Assembly: GCA_965140585.1 (NCBI GenBank)
Contig: OZ223270.1
Span: 448,001 to 512,000, forward strand
Length of the DNA: 64,000 nucleotides
From: Spirochaetia bacterium
GTDB taxonomy: Bacteria > Spirochaetota > Spirochaetia > UBA9216
Direction: 5' to 3'
Shown: positions 19,497-29,175 of the stretch, one piece after another
How positions within the stretch are numbered: position 1 is the first letter of the stretch
Layout of the letters: every line of letters starts with the position of its first letter
The notes under the pieces: generated by a model
What the model was told of the DNA's origin: nothing
The model's input: only the letters and a program-made list of their open reading frames with translations
Databases searched by the model: none
Position numbers and translations under genes: made by a program

Positions 19497-19790
19497 TTAC
19501 TTCAGCAGAATTCCGGAGTCTTCGATTTCTGATTTTAATAGCGAGTTTGTATTTTTGTTATATTGAACAATATCAAAGGGGTATTCTATTCCGCGTCTTT
19601 CGATATCAGCCAAAAATATAATCTTTTTTTATTAAAGATTATTTTCCTGTCGTTATTTTTAACAGCAAGATCTATATCTCCATCTTTCTTTTTATCATCT
19701 GTTCTGCTGCCGAATAAATAAACCGGATCAACACCGAAGTTTTTTTGCTGATATTAGAATTTCAGATTTTAAAGTTTCAGTTAATCTCAT
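19497..19790 (-). pseudogene. Minimal nucleotidyltransferase (MNT), two frameshifts
   Basis: MRLTETLK.. / VYLFGSRTDDKKKDGDIDL / PFDIVQY..EIEDSGILLK*; both shifts fall at A7 runs. Confidence 0.8.
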
Positions 19791-19852
19791 AAGAAAAAGC
19801 CCTTTTGGATTTAGTATAAAGTTATTAATTCTATCGATCAAATCCTATTTAA

Positions 19853-20392
19853 CTAAAACACAACCATCCCGATCACAGCCCCCGTCAGGATATATACCGG
19901 GGCCGGCAGCGGTTTGATTCTGTATGCGGCAAACAGGACAGCGAAAAGTATTAACGCAGGGATATTGATGCTGAAAGCCGGGGTGTCATTTAACAGGCTT
20001 TTAATGATCACATACCATGATGCAGAAGCAATAAGCCCAATGGCTGCCGGGCGGATACCCCACAGCACATTTTTAACGATTCTTTTTGAAGCATAATTCT
20101 TCATAAATGCAGCAATAAGAATGATAATTACTAGAGACGGAAGAACTATACCTGTAGTTGCAGCAAGAGACCCTTGAGCGGATGCAAGTTTGAAGCCGGT
20201 GTATGTTGCCATATTGATCCCTATCGGGCCCGGTGTCGACTGGCTTACGGCTATCATATCAATAAACTCATTGCCTCTAAGTAGCCCGCCGTCAACAACA
20301 GCAGTTTTTAGCAGAGGAAGGCTGGCCAGACCGCCGCCTATGGTAAAAAAGCCGATACGGATGAACATCAGAAACAGGTGAAGTATACTCAT
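19853..20392 (-). CDS. chrA: Short-chain chromate transporter subunit
   Basis: IGFFTIGGG, SQSTPGPIGINMATY.G. Confidence 0.9.
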   Translation of the reverse strand: MSILHLFLMFIRIGFFTIGGGLASLPLLKTAVVDGGLLRGNEFIDMIAVSQSTPGPIGINMATYTGFKLASAQGSLAATTGIVLPSLVIIILIAAFMKNYASKRIVKNVLWGIRPAAIGLIASASWYVIIKSLLNDTPAFSINIPALILFAVLFAAYRIKPLPAPVYILTGAVIGMVVF

Positions 20393-20934
20393 ATTTTTTT
20401 CCTTTCAACTGTGCTCTTTATCAAGCCGACAGCAGCCCCGGCTATTATCACAGGTACAGGGGAAAAACTGAAAACAGCAGCAGCTATGAAGGCAGCCACT
20501 GAAATTATTACCTCAACCGGCGATCTCCATCCTTTTTTTACAAGACTGATAAGTGTATTAACCAGAAGAACCGAAACAGCCACCCTTATACCAAGGAAGG
20601 CTTTCTGAACCAGGGCAATTTCCTGAAACCTGGGCAGAAAAACAGCAATTATCATTATTATAATAAGGGAGGGGGTTACCATCCCGACAGTCGAAACAAC
20701 AGCTCCCGGTATTCCTCGCTTTCTATATCCGACAAATGTTGCAGTATTGATAGCAATTATCCCAGGTGTTGCCTGTCCGATTGCATAGTAATCAAGCAGC
20801 TCTTCATCAGTCAGCCATCCTCTCTTTTCTATCAGCTCATCCCTGAGCATCGGAAGCATTACGTACCCGCCCCCTATGGAAAACAGGCCTATCCTGAAAA
20901 ATAGAAAATACAGAAGAATAAGTTCGTTAAGCAT
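20389..20934 (-). CDS. chrA: Short-chain chromate transporter subunit
   Basis: IGLFSIGGGYVM, GQATPGIIAINTATFVG. Confidence 0.9.
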   Translation of the reverse strand: MLNELILLYFLFFRIGLFSIGGGYVMLPMLRDELIEKRGWLTDEELLDYYAIGQATPGIIAINTATFVGYRKRGIPGAVVSTVGMVTPSLIIIMIIAVFLPRFQEIALVQKAFLGIRVAVSVLLVNTLISLVKKGWRSPVEVIISVAAFIAAAVFSFSPVPVIIAGAAVGLIKSTVERKKI

Positions 20935-21014
20935 AGACCCATATTACTTATTTGACAAAAGTTATAAAAGCCGGATTCTTGCATCAGCATAACTAAATAT
21001 ATTATTATCAGTAA

Positions 21015-21989
21015 ATGAGCAATTTACAGGTTTACGGAATTGGAAACGTCCTGATTGACGTTGTAGTGCATGTTACTGATGAAGATTTGGCAGGCCTCGG
21101 GCTTGATAAGGGAATAATGAAACTCACCGAGGGTGAGGAAAGAAATAAAATAGTTGAATTTATCAAGACCAAGCAACCCGAGTTTCACTGCGGAGGGTCA
21201 GCACCCAACACAATCATTACACTGTCACAGCTTGGTATAAATGCAGCACTTTCAGGTAAAATTGGACCTGATGATTTAGGAGACCGCTACGAAAAACAGC
21301 TTAAGGACCATAATGTTACCTCCTACCTAAAACGCGGTGAAGGCAACACCGGGACAAGCATCATCATGGTAAGTCCCGATTCCGAACGGACAATGAACAC
21401 CTCCCTTGAAATTAACCGTGAATACGGAATAGAGAACATACAGCCTGACGCAATTGCCGGGGCAGAATACCTCTATTTTACCGGGTATATGTGGGATACG
21501 GAATCGCAGAAGAACGCCCTGACTAAAGCAATCGAAATTGCCAAGGACGCGGGAACGAAAATAGTCTTTGATGCTGCCGACCCGTTTGCAGTCAACAGAA
21601 GTGAAGGTGAATTCTGCCGCCTTGTAGAAAACCATTTCGACATCGTATTTGCCAATGCTGAAGAAGCCAGGCTGATGTTCGGCTCTGACGATGTGGTTAA
21701 ATGCACAGAAATGCTGTCTGAAATCTGCGATATTGCAGTCGTAAAAAACGGCGCACAAGGTTCAGTTGTCCGAAAGGGGGCTGAATCCTATCAAATTCCT
21801 GTATACAAAACGAAGGCTGTTGATACTACAGGAGCCGGAGATATCTACGCTGCTGGCTTTCTCTACGGACTGTGCACCGGAAAAAGCCTAGAGCGAAGCG
21901 GACATATCGCATCAAAACTTGCATCAGGCATTGTGGGCCAGGTAGGCGCCCAATTCACAGCAGAAAGACTGAAAAGTATCGAGATTTAA
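21015..21989 (+). CDS. PfkB family carbohydrate/adenosine kinase
   Basis: GGSAPNT, FAN..EA, DTTGAGDIYAAGFL. Confidence 0.9.
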   Translation: MSNLQVYGIGNVLIDVVVHVTDEDLAGLGLDKGIMKLTEGEERNKIVEFIKTKQPEFHCGGSAPNTIITLSQLGINAALSGKIGPDDLGDRYEKQLKDHNVTSYLKRGEGNTGTSIIMVSPDSERTMNTSLEINREYGIENIQPDAIAGAEYLYFTGYMWDTESQKNALTKAIEIAKDAGTKIVFDAADPFAVNRSEGEFCRLVENHFDIVFANAEEARLMFGSDDVVKCTEMLSEICDIAVVKNGAQGSVVRKGAESYQIPVYKTKAVDTTGAGDIYAAGFLYGLCTGKSLERSGHIASKLASGIVGQVGAQFTAERLKSIEI

Positions 21990-22012
21990 TGTTTTTAATT
22001 ATATGGATAATC

Positions 22013-22039
22013 AAGCGGCCGGAATTAGGCCGCTTTTTT
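22013..22039 (+). terminator. Intrinsic terminator
   Basis: aagcggcc-loop-ggccgctt plus T run between convergent genes. Confidence 0.75.
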
Positions 22040-22547
22040 AATCTATCAGATAACCGGTAAAGCCGATTCCATACCTGGTATATGACTCTTCACCAAAGAC
22101 ATAGGCTGCGTCAAAATAAAATCCGCCCAGAGATATTCGTGCTCCAAGTTCAGGATTAATATGATACACAGAACTTTCATCTGTAGAATGCAGCATCACA
22201 GCACCGCCGTAGGATCTGAATGCCAGGATTTTTCCAAGGCTCATGTCCGCGTAAACATGTATGGGAATATCTATGAGGGCCGTCTCTCCATTCCCATAAT
22301 CATAGGTTAAATAGAGAAAACCAAGTTCTCCACCCGCCGAAAGAAACTTATTGACTCTGTAACCTGCACCAAGCAAGCCTCCTGCCCTGAAATAAGAAAT
22401 AGAGCCTGGAAACTGAGAGGACTCTTCATCCCGGAGATTATATGCGTTGTAGTAGAGTCCTGCGGAGATATCGACGGTCAACCCGTCGGCCGTCGCAAAC
22501 CCTGAAATAGACAGTGAGAGTATTGTGAGGATAATTGCCTTTTTCAA
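22038..22547 (-). CDS. Secreted protein, probable small outer-membrane beta-barrel
   Basis: Signal peptide ending ATA; Gly/aromatic alternating strands. Confidence 0.55.
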   Translation of the reverse strand: MKKAIILTILSLSISGFATADGLTVDISAGLYYNAYNLRDEESSQFPGSISYFRAGGLLGAGYRVNKFLSAGGELGFLYLTYDYGNGETALIDIPIHVYADMSLGKILAFRSYGGAVMLHSTDESSVYHINPELGARISLGGFYFDAAYVFGEESYTRYGIGFTGYLID

Positions 22548-22607
22548 AATATGCTCCCTTTTTTAATTAGTCATTTTATAATTGTATTTATTATCGGAAT
22601 ATAATGC

Positions 22608-22638
22608 AAAAAAATAGCCGCCTTTTTCAAGACGGCTT
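22608..22638 (-). terminator. Intrinsic terminator after aspS
   Basis: agccgtctt-loop-aaggcggct plus U tract on the minus strand. Confidence 0.65.
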
Positions 22639-22657
22639 TAAATTTTTATTGGAAGGT

Positions 22658-24433
22658 TTATTCTTCGCTGATCATCGAAATCTCAAGGCTGAGTTCCTCA
22701 AGCTGTGATTCTTCTACCGGACCCGGTGCATCGGACATCATACAGGTGGCCTTCTGTGTCTTTGGGAAGGCAATTACGTCTCTGATTGAATCTGTGCCGA
22801 TGAAAAGCATCATGATTCTGTCCAGACCGAGGGCAAGTCCTGCATGAGGCGGCGCTCCGTACTGGAGGGCTTCAAGAAGGAAGCCGAACTTGAGTTTTGC
22901 TTCTTCTTCATCTATACCAAGCAGGCTGAATATCTTCTGCTGCATTACATTGTCGTGAATTCTCACTGAGCCTCCGCCTATTTCGTTTCCATTAAGAACA
23001 AGGTCGTATGCATTGGTTTTTACAGCAAAAACATCGGTATCAAGCAGTTCTTCGTCTTCCGGTCTCGGTGCAGTGAATGGATGATGCATTGAATTAGGTT
23101 TACCGTTGTCATCCTTTTCAAAAAGCGGGAAGTCAACAACCCAGAGAAAGTTGAACTCGTTCTTGTCGAGAAGACCGAGTTTTTCACCCATTAGAAGTCT
23201 GAGTGCGGCAAGGCTCTGGCAGACAACCTTTTCCTTGTCGGCAACAAATATCAGAACATCACCTGTTTCTGCTCCCATTCTTTCATAAAGAGCCTTGGAC
23301 TCTTCCTCAGTAAAGAATTTAACAATCGGAGACTGGGGCCCGTCTGCATTTATCTTTATCCATGCAACACCCTTGCCCCGGAACGGTTTGATGTACGGGG
23401 TCATTTCATCAAGGTCTTTTCTACTAAGCTTGTCGGCAGCGCCCTTGAGGTTGATACAGCGAACGAGGCCCCCTGATGCTACAGCGTTTTTAAAAACACC
23501 GAAGCCTGAGTCTGAGAAAACATCGGAACAGTCAACGATCTCAAGGCCGAAACGAAGGTCCGGCTTATCGTTACCATATTTACGCATTGACTCTTCATAG
23601 CTGAGTCTCGGGAAAGGAAGTGCTATATCCTTATTAAAGATATCCTTCATCAGCTTTTTAAAGAGACCTTCGAGCATGTTGATGATATCGTCACGGTCAA
23701 CAAAGGACATCTCAAGGTCAACCTGGGTAAACTCCGGCTGTCTGTCGGCGCGGAGGTCCTCATCCCTAAAACACTTGGCAATCTGGAAATATCTGTCGAA
23801 GCCTGAAATCATAAGAGTCTGCTTGAAAAGCTGGGGACTCTGGGGCAGCGCGTAGAACATTCCCGGGTTTACACGGCTTGGAACTAGATAGTCACGTGCG
23901 CCTTCGGGTGTTGATTTCTGAAGAATCGGAGTTTCAACCTCAACAAAATCATTATCAAGAAAGTAGTTGCGGATCATTCCGGTTACCTTACTTCTGAAGA
24001 TCATGTTGTTCTGAAGCTGCTTTCCACGAAGATCGAGGTATCTGTGAACAAGCCTGGTCTCTGCGTTTACGCTCTCAGAATGCTGTACATCGAAGGGCGG
24101 AGTCTTTGATTTATTGAGAAGCTCAAAACTCTTTACGTAAACTTCAATATCACCGGTATCAAGGTTGGCATTCGCCATTCCTTCCGGTCTTGCCCTTACT
24201 TCACCCTCAACAGCAACTACAAACTGGCTTCTGAGTGTATGAGCCACGGCGTGAGCTTCCGGGGCAACCTGCGGATCAAAGACAATCTGGGTAAGCCCCC
24301 ATCTGTCGTGGAGGTCGATAAAGGCAACGCCTCCGTGATCGCGGTAGTTTTCAACCCATCCGTTAAGAACGATGCTTTTGCCTGCATCTTCCTTTCTGAG
24401 CTGTCCGCAGTTATGTGTTCTCTTCAGTTTCAT
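22658..24433 (-). CDS. aspS: Aspartate-tRNA ligase, probably non-discriminating
   Basis: RTH.CG, RDHGG, PEGARDY, FRDEDLRADRQPEFTQ, GAPPH.G. Confidence 0.97.
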   Translation of the reverse strand: MKLKRTHNCGQLRKEDAGKSIVLNGWVENYRDHGGVAFIDLHDRWGLTQIVFDPQVAPEAHAVAHTLRSQFVVAVEGEVRARPEGMANANLDTGDIEVYVKSFELLNKSKTPPFDVQHSESVNAETRLVHRYLDLRGKQLQNNMIFRSKVTGMIRNYFLDNDFVEVETPILQKSTPEGARDYLVPSRVNPGMFYALPQSPQLFKQTLMISGFDRYFQIAKCFRDEDLRADRQPEFTQVDLEMSFVDRDDIINMLEGLFKKLMKDIFNKDIALPFPRLSYEESMRKYGNDKPDLRFGLEIVDCSDVFSDSGFGVFKNAVASGGLVRCINLKGAADKLSRKDLDEMTPYIKPFRGKGVAWIKINADGPQSPIVKFFTEEESKALYERMGAETGDVLIFVADKEKVVCQSLAALRLLMGEKLGLLDKNEFNFLWVVDFPLFEKDDNGKPNSMHHPFTAPRPEDEELLDTDVFAVKTNAYDLVLNGNEIGGGSVRIHDNVMQQKIFSLLGIDEEEAKLKFGFLLEALQYGAPPHAGLALGLDRIMMLFIGTDSIRDVIAFPKTQKATCMMSDAPGPVEESQLEELSLEISMISEE

Positions 24434-25875
24434 TATTTATCCTCTATAAGTTTGCTAATTATACTCTGTACCGATTGCGGATTGGCTGTTCCCTTGGTAG
24501 CAGCCATAACCTTTCCGACGACAAATCCCCTTGGTTTCTGATCACCGGCTTTAAGCTGCTCAACAACCTTCGGATTTTCATCAAGGACCTTTTTTACAAT
24601 ATCTTCGAGTGCGCCATCATCGGCACTCTGATCCCAACCCTTTTCTTTTATTATTGTATCGGGATCCTTGTCATCATTAAAAATTGCCTGCAGAGTTTGA
24701 GCGGCTATTTTACCATGAATTTTATTATCATCAAGCATTTTCAGAAGCGATGTAAACCTCTCCACTGTCAGCGCAGAAGCCTCTGTTCCAAGGTCGGCCT
24801 TCGACATTCCCTTACTGTTAAGCACCTTCGCAACGTTGCCCATTATCCACTTTGCGGCGCTTGAAGCATCGGCCCCGGCAGCAGCGACCTGTTCAAAATA
24901 TTCTGCGCAGGTTTTCTCTTCGCAGAGGTAATCCGCCTGATCTTCGGTAAGGCCGAAATCCTTCACAAAGCGCTGCTTGCGGGCAAGCGGAAGCTCAGTA
25001 AGTGAATCTTCAATCATTGCGAAGAAGGCTTCATCCGGTCTGAAAGGCGGAAGGTCCGGCTCTGGAAAATAACGGTAGTCGTGGGCCTGTTCCTTACTTC
25101 TCATGCTTTCAGTGACTGAACGCTTTTCATCCCAGAGACGGGTTTCCTGAACAATTGTTCCGCCGCCGTTTATAACCTTTTCCTGCCGCTTTCGTTCATA
25201 CATCAGGGCTTTGTTAACAAAGCTTGATGAGTTGAGGTTCTTTATTTCAACCTTTCTTCCAAGACCCTTGCCCGGAAGGTTGATTGAGATGTTTGCGTCG
25301 CAGCGCATCGATCCCTCTTCCATGTTTCCATCGCAGACGCCGAGATGTCTTACAGTACGTCTGAATGCCTGAAGAAAATCCTCGGCCTCATCACCGGTTT
25401 TAAACTCAGGCTCGGTAACGATCTCAAGAAGGCAGGTTCCGGCACGGTTGTAGTCGCAGTAGGACTTTCCGCCCTCGTGAATCATCTTTCCTGCATCCTC
25501 TTCAAGGTGAATCTCGTGAAAGTTTATCTTCTTGATTTCCCCGCCTGATTCGTATTCAAAGAAACCTTTCTGTCCAAATGGATTGGTAAACTGGGAAATC
25601 TGATAGTTCTTGGTTAAATCCGGATAAAAGTAGTTCTTTCTCTCAAAAACACCGTTTGTTGCCAGTTCACAGTTCATTGCGCGGCATACAATGTATGAGA
25701 GCTTTACGGCTTCTTCATTAAGCGCCGGCAGAACTCCAGGGTAGCCGAGACAGACCGGGCAGACATTGCTGTTCGGTTCATCTCCGAATTTGGATTTGCA
25801 TCCGCAGAAGATCTTAGTCTCGGTAAGAAGCTGGATATGTATTTCAAGTCCTATAAACGTTTCGTATACTGACAT
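24433..25875 (-). CDS. gatB: Asp/Glu-tRNA amidotransferase subunit B
   Basis: IGLEIH.QL, RKNYFYPD, HLEEDAGK, DYRYFPEPDL. Confidence 0.97.
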   Translation of the reverse strand: MSVYETFIGLEIHIQLLTETKIFCGCKSKFGDEPNSNVCPVCLGYPGVLPALNEEAVKLSYIVCRAMNCELATNGVFERKNYFYPDLTKNYQISQFTNPFGQKGFFEYESGGEIKKINFHEIHLEEDAGKMIHEGGKSYCDYNRAGTCLLEIVTEPEFKTGDEAEDFLQAFRRTVRHLGVCDGNMEEGSMRCDANISINLPGKGLGRKVEIKNLNSSSFVNKALMYERKRQEKVINGGGTIVQETRLWDEKRSVTESMRSKEQAHDYRYFPEPDLPPFRPDEAFFAMIEDSLTELPLARKQRFVKDFGLTEDQADYLCEEKTCAEYFEQVAAAGADASSAAKWIMGNVAKVLNSKGMSKADLGTEASALTVERFTSLLKMLDDNKIHGKIAAQTLQAIFNDDKDPDTIIKEKGWDQSADDGALEDIVKKVLDENPKVVEQLKAGDQKPRGFVVGKVMAATKGTANPQSVQSIISKLIEDK

Positions 25876-27227
25876 CAGAGGGCCTCCATCTTTGCAGAAC
25901 AGCTTGCCGGAGGAAGCACTTCTGCGAGTTTTTCAGCAGCCTTGAAGATTCTTTCCTCGGAAAAAACAGGCCCCATGAGCTGCATACCGACCGGAAGTCC
26001 GTTTTCAACCGATACCGGAACACTCATCGCCGGAATTCCGGCAAGGTTGGCCGCTACTGTAAACTTATCGGCAAGCTTCTGCTGGAACTGGTCAAGGCTC
26101 TGATCGCCGTGTTTGAATGCTGAAGTAGGGAATGCGGGCATCATGACAAGGTCCGCACTATTAAAAACTTCGTCAAACTCGTTTCTTATTGCGGTTCTTA
26201 TCTTCTGGGCCTTTGTGTAATACTGATCCTGGAAGCCTGAACGCAGAACATAGGTTCCCATCAGAATTCTAAGCTTAACCTCATCACCGAAACCCTCATC
26301 GCGTGATTTTCTTACAAGATCTTCAAAGGCTTCTACACCGTCGCTTCTGTGACCGTATCGTACACCGTTGTAGCGTGCAAGGTTCGCACTGGCTTCACCC
26401 ATTGCTATTGTATAGTAAGCGGCAATTCCGTAGTCGAGCATCGGAAGGCTTACCTTTTTAATCGTGTAGCCAATCTTTTCAAATGCTTCAACAGCCTTTT
26501 TATATGCCGCTTCAACCTCAGACTTAAGCCCAAGATCTCCACCAAGAACTGCGATAGTTTTTGATTCTTCCGAAGCAGGGATATGGTCAACCGAGGTCTG
26601 GTCCATACCGTCCTTGGCCTTGATGATATTAAAAACCGTTCTGGCGGTATCAACGCTTTCTGCAAGTACTCCTACAACTTCGAGAGAAGAGGCATAGGCG
26701 ACAAGGCCGAAACGTGAAACAACGCCGTATGTGGGTTTTAGTCCGTATACGCCGCAGAAAGAAGCGGGCTGGCGTATTGATCCGCCTGTATCTGAACCAA
26801 GTGCAAAGGGAACAAGTCCCGCAGCAACAGCAGCAGCCGAACCGCCGCTTGAACCGCCGCAGACGCATTCGGTGTTCCAGGGGTTATTTGAAACGGCAAG
26901 CGCCGAATTATCAGAGGAAGACCCCATCCCGAACTCATCAAGATTAGCCTTACCCGCAACAACCGCTCCGGCATCCTTCAGTCTTTTAATCGCCGTGGCG
27001 TCATAGGGAGAAACAAAATCCTTGAGCATTTTGGATCCGCATGTAAGATGCAGACCTTCTACGGAAATATTATCCTTAACTCCGAAGGGAACTCCATCCA
27101 GAGCTCCGCCGGTTTTTCTGGAAGAAAATGCCTCTTCCCGTTCCTCGAACTCCAGAAAACTGGAGAACGGTTTATCATGTTCTTTAACGCCGGAAATATA
27201 GTCTTTCCAGTTTTTTACTGTAGTCAT
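25875..27227 (-). CDS. gatA: Asp/Glu-tRNA amidotransferase subunit A
   Basis: KDN, GGSSGGSAAAV, GSDTGGSIRQPA amidase signature. Confidence 0.97.
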   Translation of the reverse strand: MTTVKNWKDYISGVKEHDKPFSSFLEFEEREEAFSSRKTGGALDGVPFGVKDNISVEGLHLTCGSKMLKDFVSPYDATAIKRLKDAGAVVAGKANLDEFGMGSSSDNSALAVSNNPWNTECVCGGSSGGSAAAVAAGLVPFALGSDTGGSIRQPASFCGVYGLKPTYGVVSRFGLVAYASSLEVVGVLAESVDTARTVFNIIKAKDGMDQTSVDHIPASEESKTIAVLGGDLGLKSEVEAAYKKAVEAFEKIGYTIKKVSLPMLDYGIAAYYTIAMGEASANLARYNGVRYGHRSDGVEAFEDLVRKSRDEGFGDEVKLRILMGTYVLRSGFQDQYYTKAQKIRTAIRNEFDEVFNSADLVMMPAFPTSAFKHGDQSLDQFQQKLADKFTVAANLAGIPAMSVPVSVENGLPVGMQLMGPVFSEERIFKAAEKLAEVLPPASCSAKMEAL

Positions 27228-27263
27228 ATTATCAACCTTTGTAATATCGGTGGATTATGTAAA

Positions 27264-27542
27264 TTAAAGTACGTTGGGTATAACGATAAAATTATTTTCG
27301 TGCTCGGGGGCACGGTTAACAAGATCAACAGGATTATAATTATTTACTGCGTTATCATTGCGGAGAGCATTTTCTCTTACGAGTGCGTGAGTGGTCGGAG
27401 GAAGGTCATTTACATCGACTTTGTTCATCAGAGAGAAGTATTCAATCATCTCTGAGACCGCGGATCGAAGCCGGGTTTCTTCCTCTGCAGTCAGTTCAAG
27501 CTGAGCCTGTTCAGCAGTTATAATTAATTCGTCCTTTTCCAT
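27264..27542 (-). CDS. gatC: Asp/Glu-tRNA amidotransferase subunit C
   Basis: A.LEL..EE, LR.D, APE..NNFIVIPNVL; operon context; start may instead be 27560. Confidence 0.9.
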   Translation of the reverse strand: MEKDELIITAEQAQLELTAEEETRLRSAVSEMIEYFSLMNKVDVNDLPPTTHALVRENALRNDNAVNNYNPVDLVNRAPEHENNFIVIPNVL

Positions 27543-27553
27543 AACTAATGAAT

Positions 27554-27582
27554 TTGACATAATGGGTTGTCAGTGTCAATAT
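27554..27582. promoter_or_regulatory. Overlapping divergent sigma70 promoters (gatC and symporter)
   Basis: Plus strand TTGACA-17-CAATAT; minus strand TTGACA-17-CAAATT. Confidence 0.55.
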
Positions 27583-27598
27583 AGCGCGAGGTGATCTA

Positions 27599-28516
27599 TT
27601 GAGCTGGTATGGATTTATTCAAAAATACTTCGGCCTGTTTTTCGGTCTGGGAATACTAATCGGACTGATTTTTTCCTCTGTTTTCGGCGGATATAAAAAC
27701 CTCGTTCTGCCGCTGCTTGGAACTGTAATGCTGTTCACCTTTCTGTCTATAGATATCAGGCAGGCACTTTCAAATCTGAAGAAGTTTCACAACATTGCAG
27801 CGGTGTTCATCATCACCAAGGTGATCCTTCCCATCCTGCTTTATCATCTGGCAAAACCCCTTGGAGCTGATATTTCAATAGCCGTGTTCATGCTGTGCAT
27901 CACTCCCTTTGCATCTATTTCACCTACACTTACCACTCTGCTTGAAGGAGATACCGAGTTTATCCTGCTTAACCAGATACTGATGACCCTTCTTGCCCCC
28001 TTTTATATGCCGATACTGATTATGCTGGTTCTCGGGGCTGAGGTTCAGCTGAATCCTGTGCAGATGGTTAAAACGCTGACCTATCTTATTTTTGTTCCAT
28101 TCGCTCTGTCGCTTATAATCCGGCCTCTGCTGAAATCTGCGGTGCTTAAGACAAAAAAATACTTCGGGGCGATAAATATTCTGCTCATAATGGCTGTTAT
28201 CTGCATCCTGCTTGCCACAGCCGCCGGCAGTATCCTTGAAAACCCGCTTCAGACCCTGCCCCAGCTTGGCTTAAGTTATCTTCTGGGAGTAATTCTGATA
28301 CTCAGCGGTCTCTTCATCCCCTTCTTCCTTGATCGGAAAAAGCGAATCGGACTCTCTGTTTCTGTTCTGTACATGAACGTGGGGCTTACCGCAGTGGTTG
28401 CTTCAGGTTTTTTCAGCCCGGAAGTTCTGCTGTTTATTCTGATTTATGAAATACCGGTTAATACCCTGCCGACTCTGATGCGATCAGCAGCAGAACGATA
28501 TAGAAAAAGAGATTAA
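27599..28516 (+). CDS. Bile acid:sodium symporter family transporter
   Basis: About 10 TM segments; L.GDTE, N.GL motifs; GAGGTG RBS with TTG start. Confidence 0.75.
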   Translation: MSWYGFIQKYFGLFFGLGILIGLIFSSVFGGYKNLVLPLLGTVMLFTFLSIDIRQALSNLKKFHNIAAVFIITKVILPILLYHLAKPLGADISIAVFMLCITPFASISPTLTTLLEGDTEFILLNQILMTLLAPFYMPILIMLVLGAEVQLNPVQMVKTLTYLIFVPFALSLIIRPLLKSAVLKTKKYFGAINILLIMAVICILLATAAGSILENPLQTLPQLGLSYLLGVILILSGLFIPFFLDRKKRIGLSVSVLYMNVGLTAVVASGFFSPEVLLFILIYEIPVNTLPTLMRSAAERYRKRD

Positions 28517-29160
28517 AAGAGGGGCTTCTCGTTTTTAGGTGCGCCGATTGAGGATGGAGCTTCCGCCGGCTTTAGAAGAGTCCGCCTGCCTTTAAGTGAG
28601 CGTGAAAGGGTCAGCCTGTCTGCATACTCAAGATCCCCGCCTGCAGGAAGTCCGGAAGCAAGCTGGCTGATCCGAAGTCCCGATTTCTTAAGCAGATTAA
28701 CCAGATACATTGCAGTCGTCTCACCCTCAACAGTCGGGTTTGTGGCAATGATTAGTTCTTCCGCCTTTCCGTTTTTAAGCCGGTTAAGAAGGTGACCGAT
28801 TGTAAGCTCCTCAGGACCGATGCCGTCGATCGGGGAAATTACCCCCTTAAGAACATGGTAGTAGCCTTTGAAATCTCCTGTAGCCTCGATGGTCGTGATA
28901 TCTTCCGGCTGTTCAACAATGCAGATCAGACTGTGATCACGGGAGGCATCGCTGCAGATATCACAGGGATCCTCCTCCGTGTAGTTTCCGCAGATAGAGC
29001 AGGTTTTAATGTTTTCCTGAATTCCGCCTATAAGTTCTGCAAGGTTGGATACCCAGACCGGGTCGGCTTTCAGAATATGATAGGCCATCCTACGGGCGCT
29101 TTTTGAACCTATTCCGGGAAGTTTAGAAAGATTTTTTACAAGAAGATCGAGACTGTTCAA
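28513..29160 (-). CDS. recR: Recombination mediator RecR
   Basis: LPGIGSKSA.R, C4 zinc finger, TOPRIM ATNPTVEGE. Confidence 0.97.
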   Translation of the reverse strand: MNSLDLLVKNLSKLPGIGSKSARRMAYHILKADPVWVSNLAELIGGIQENIKTCSICGNYTEEDPCDICSDASRDHSLICIVEQPEDITTIEATGDFKGYYHVLKGVISPIDGIGPEELTIGHLLNRLKNGKAEELIIATNPTVEGETTAMYLVNLLKKSGLRISQLASGLPAGGDLEYADRLTLSRSLKGRRTLLKPAEAPSSIGAPKNEKPLF

Positions 29161-29175
29161 TTTCCGCCTTCTATC

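Noticed and set aside
26349-27455. Cys-, Arg- or Gln-rich alternative-frame ORFs
   Set aside because: Off-frame or antisense readings of the gatA amidase signature region
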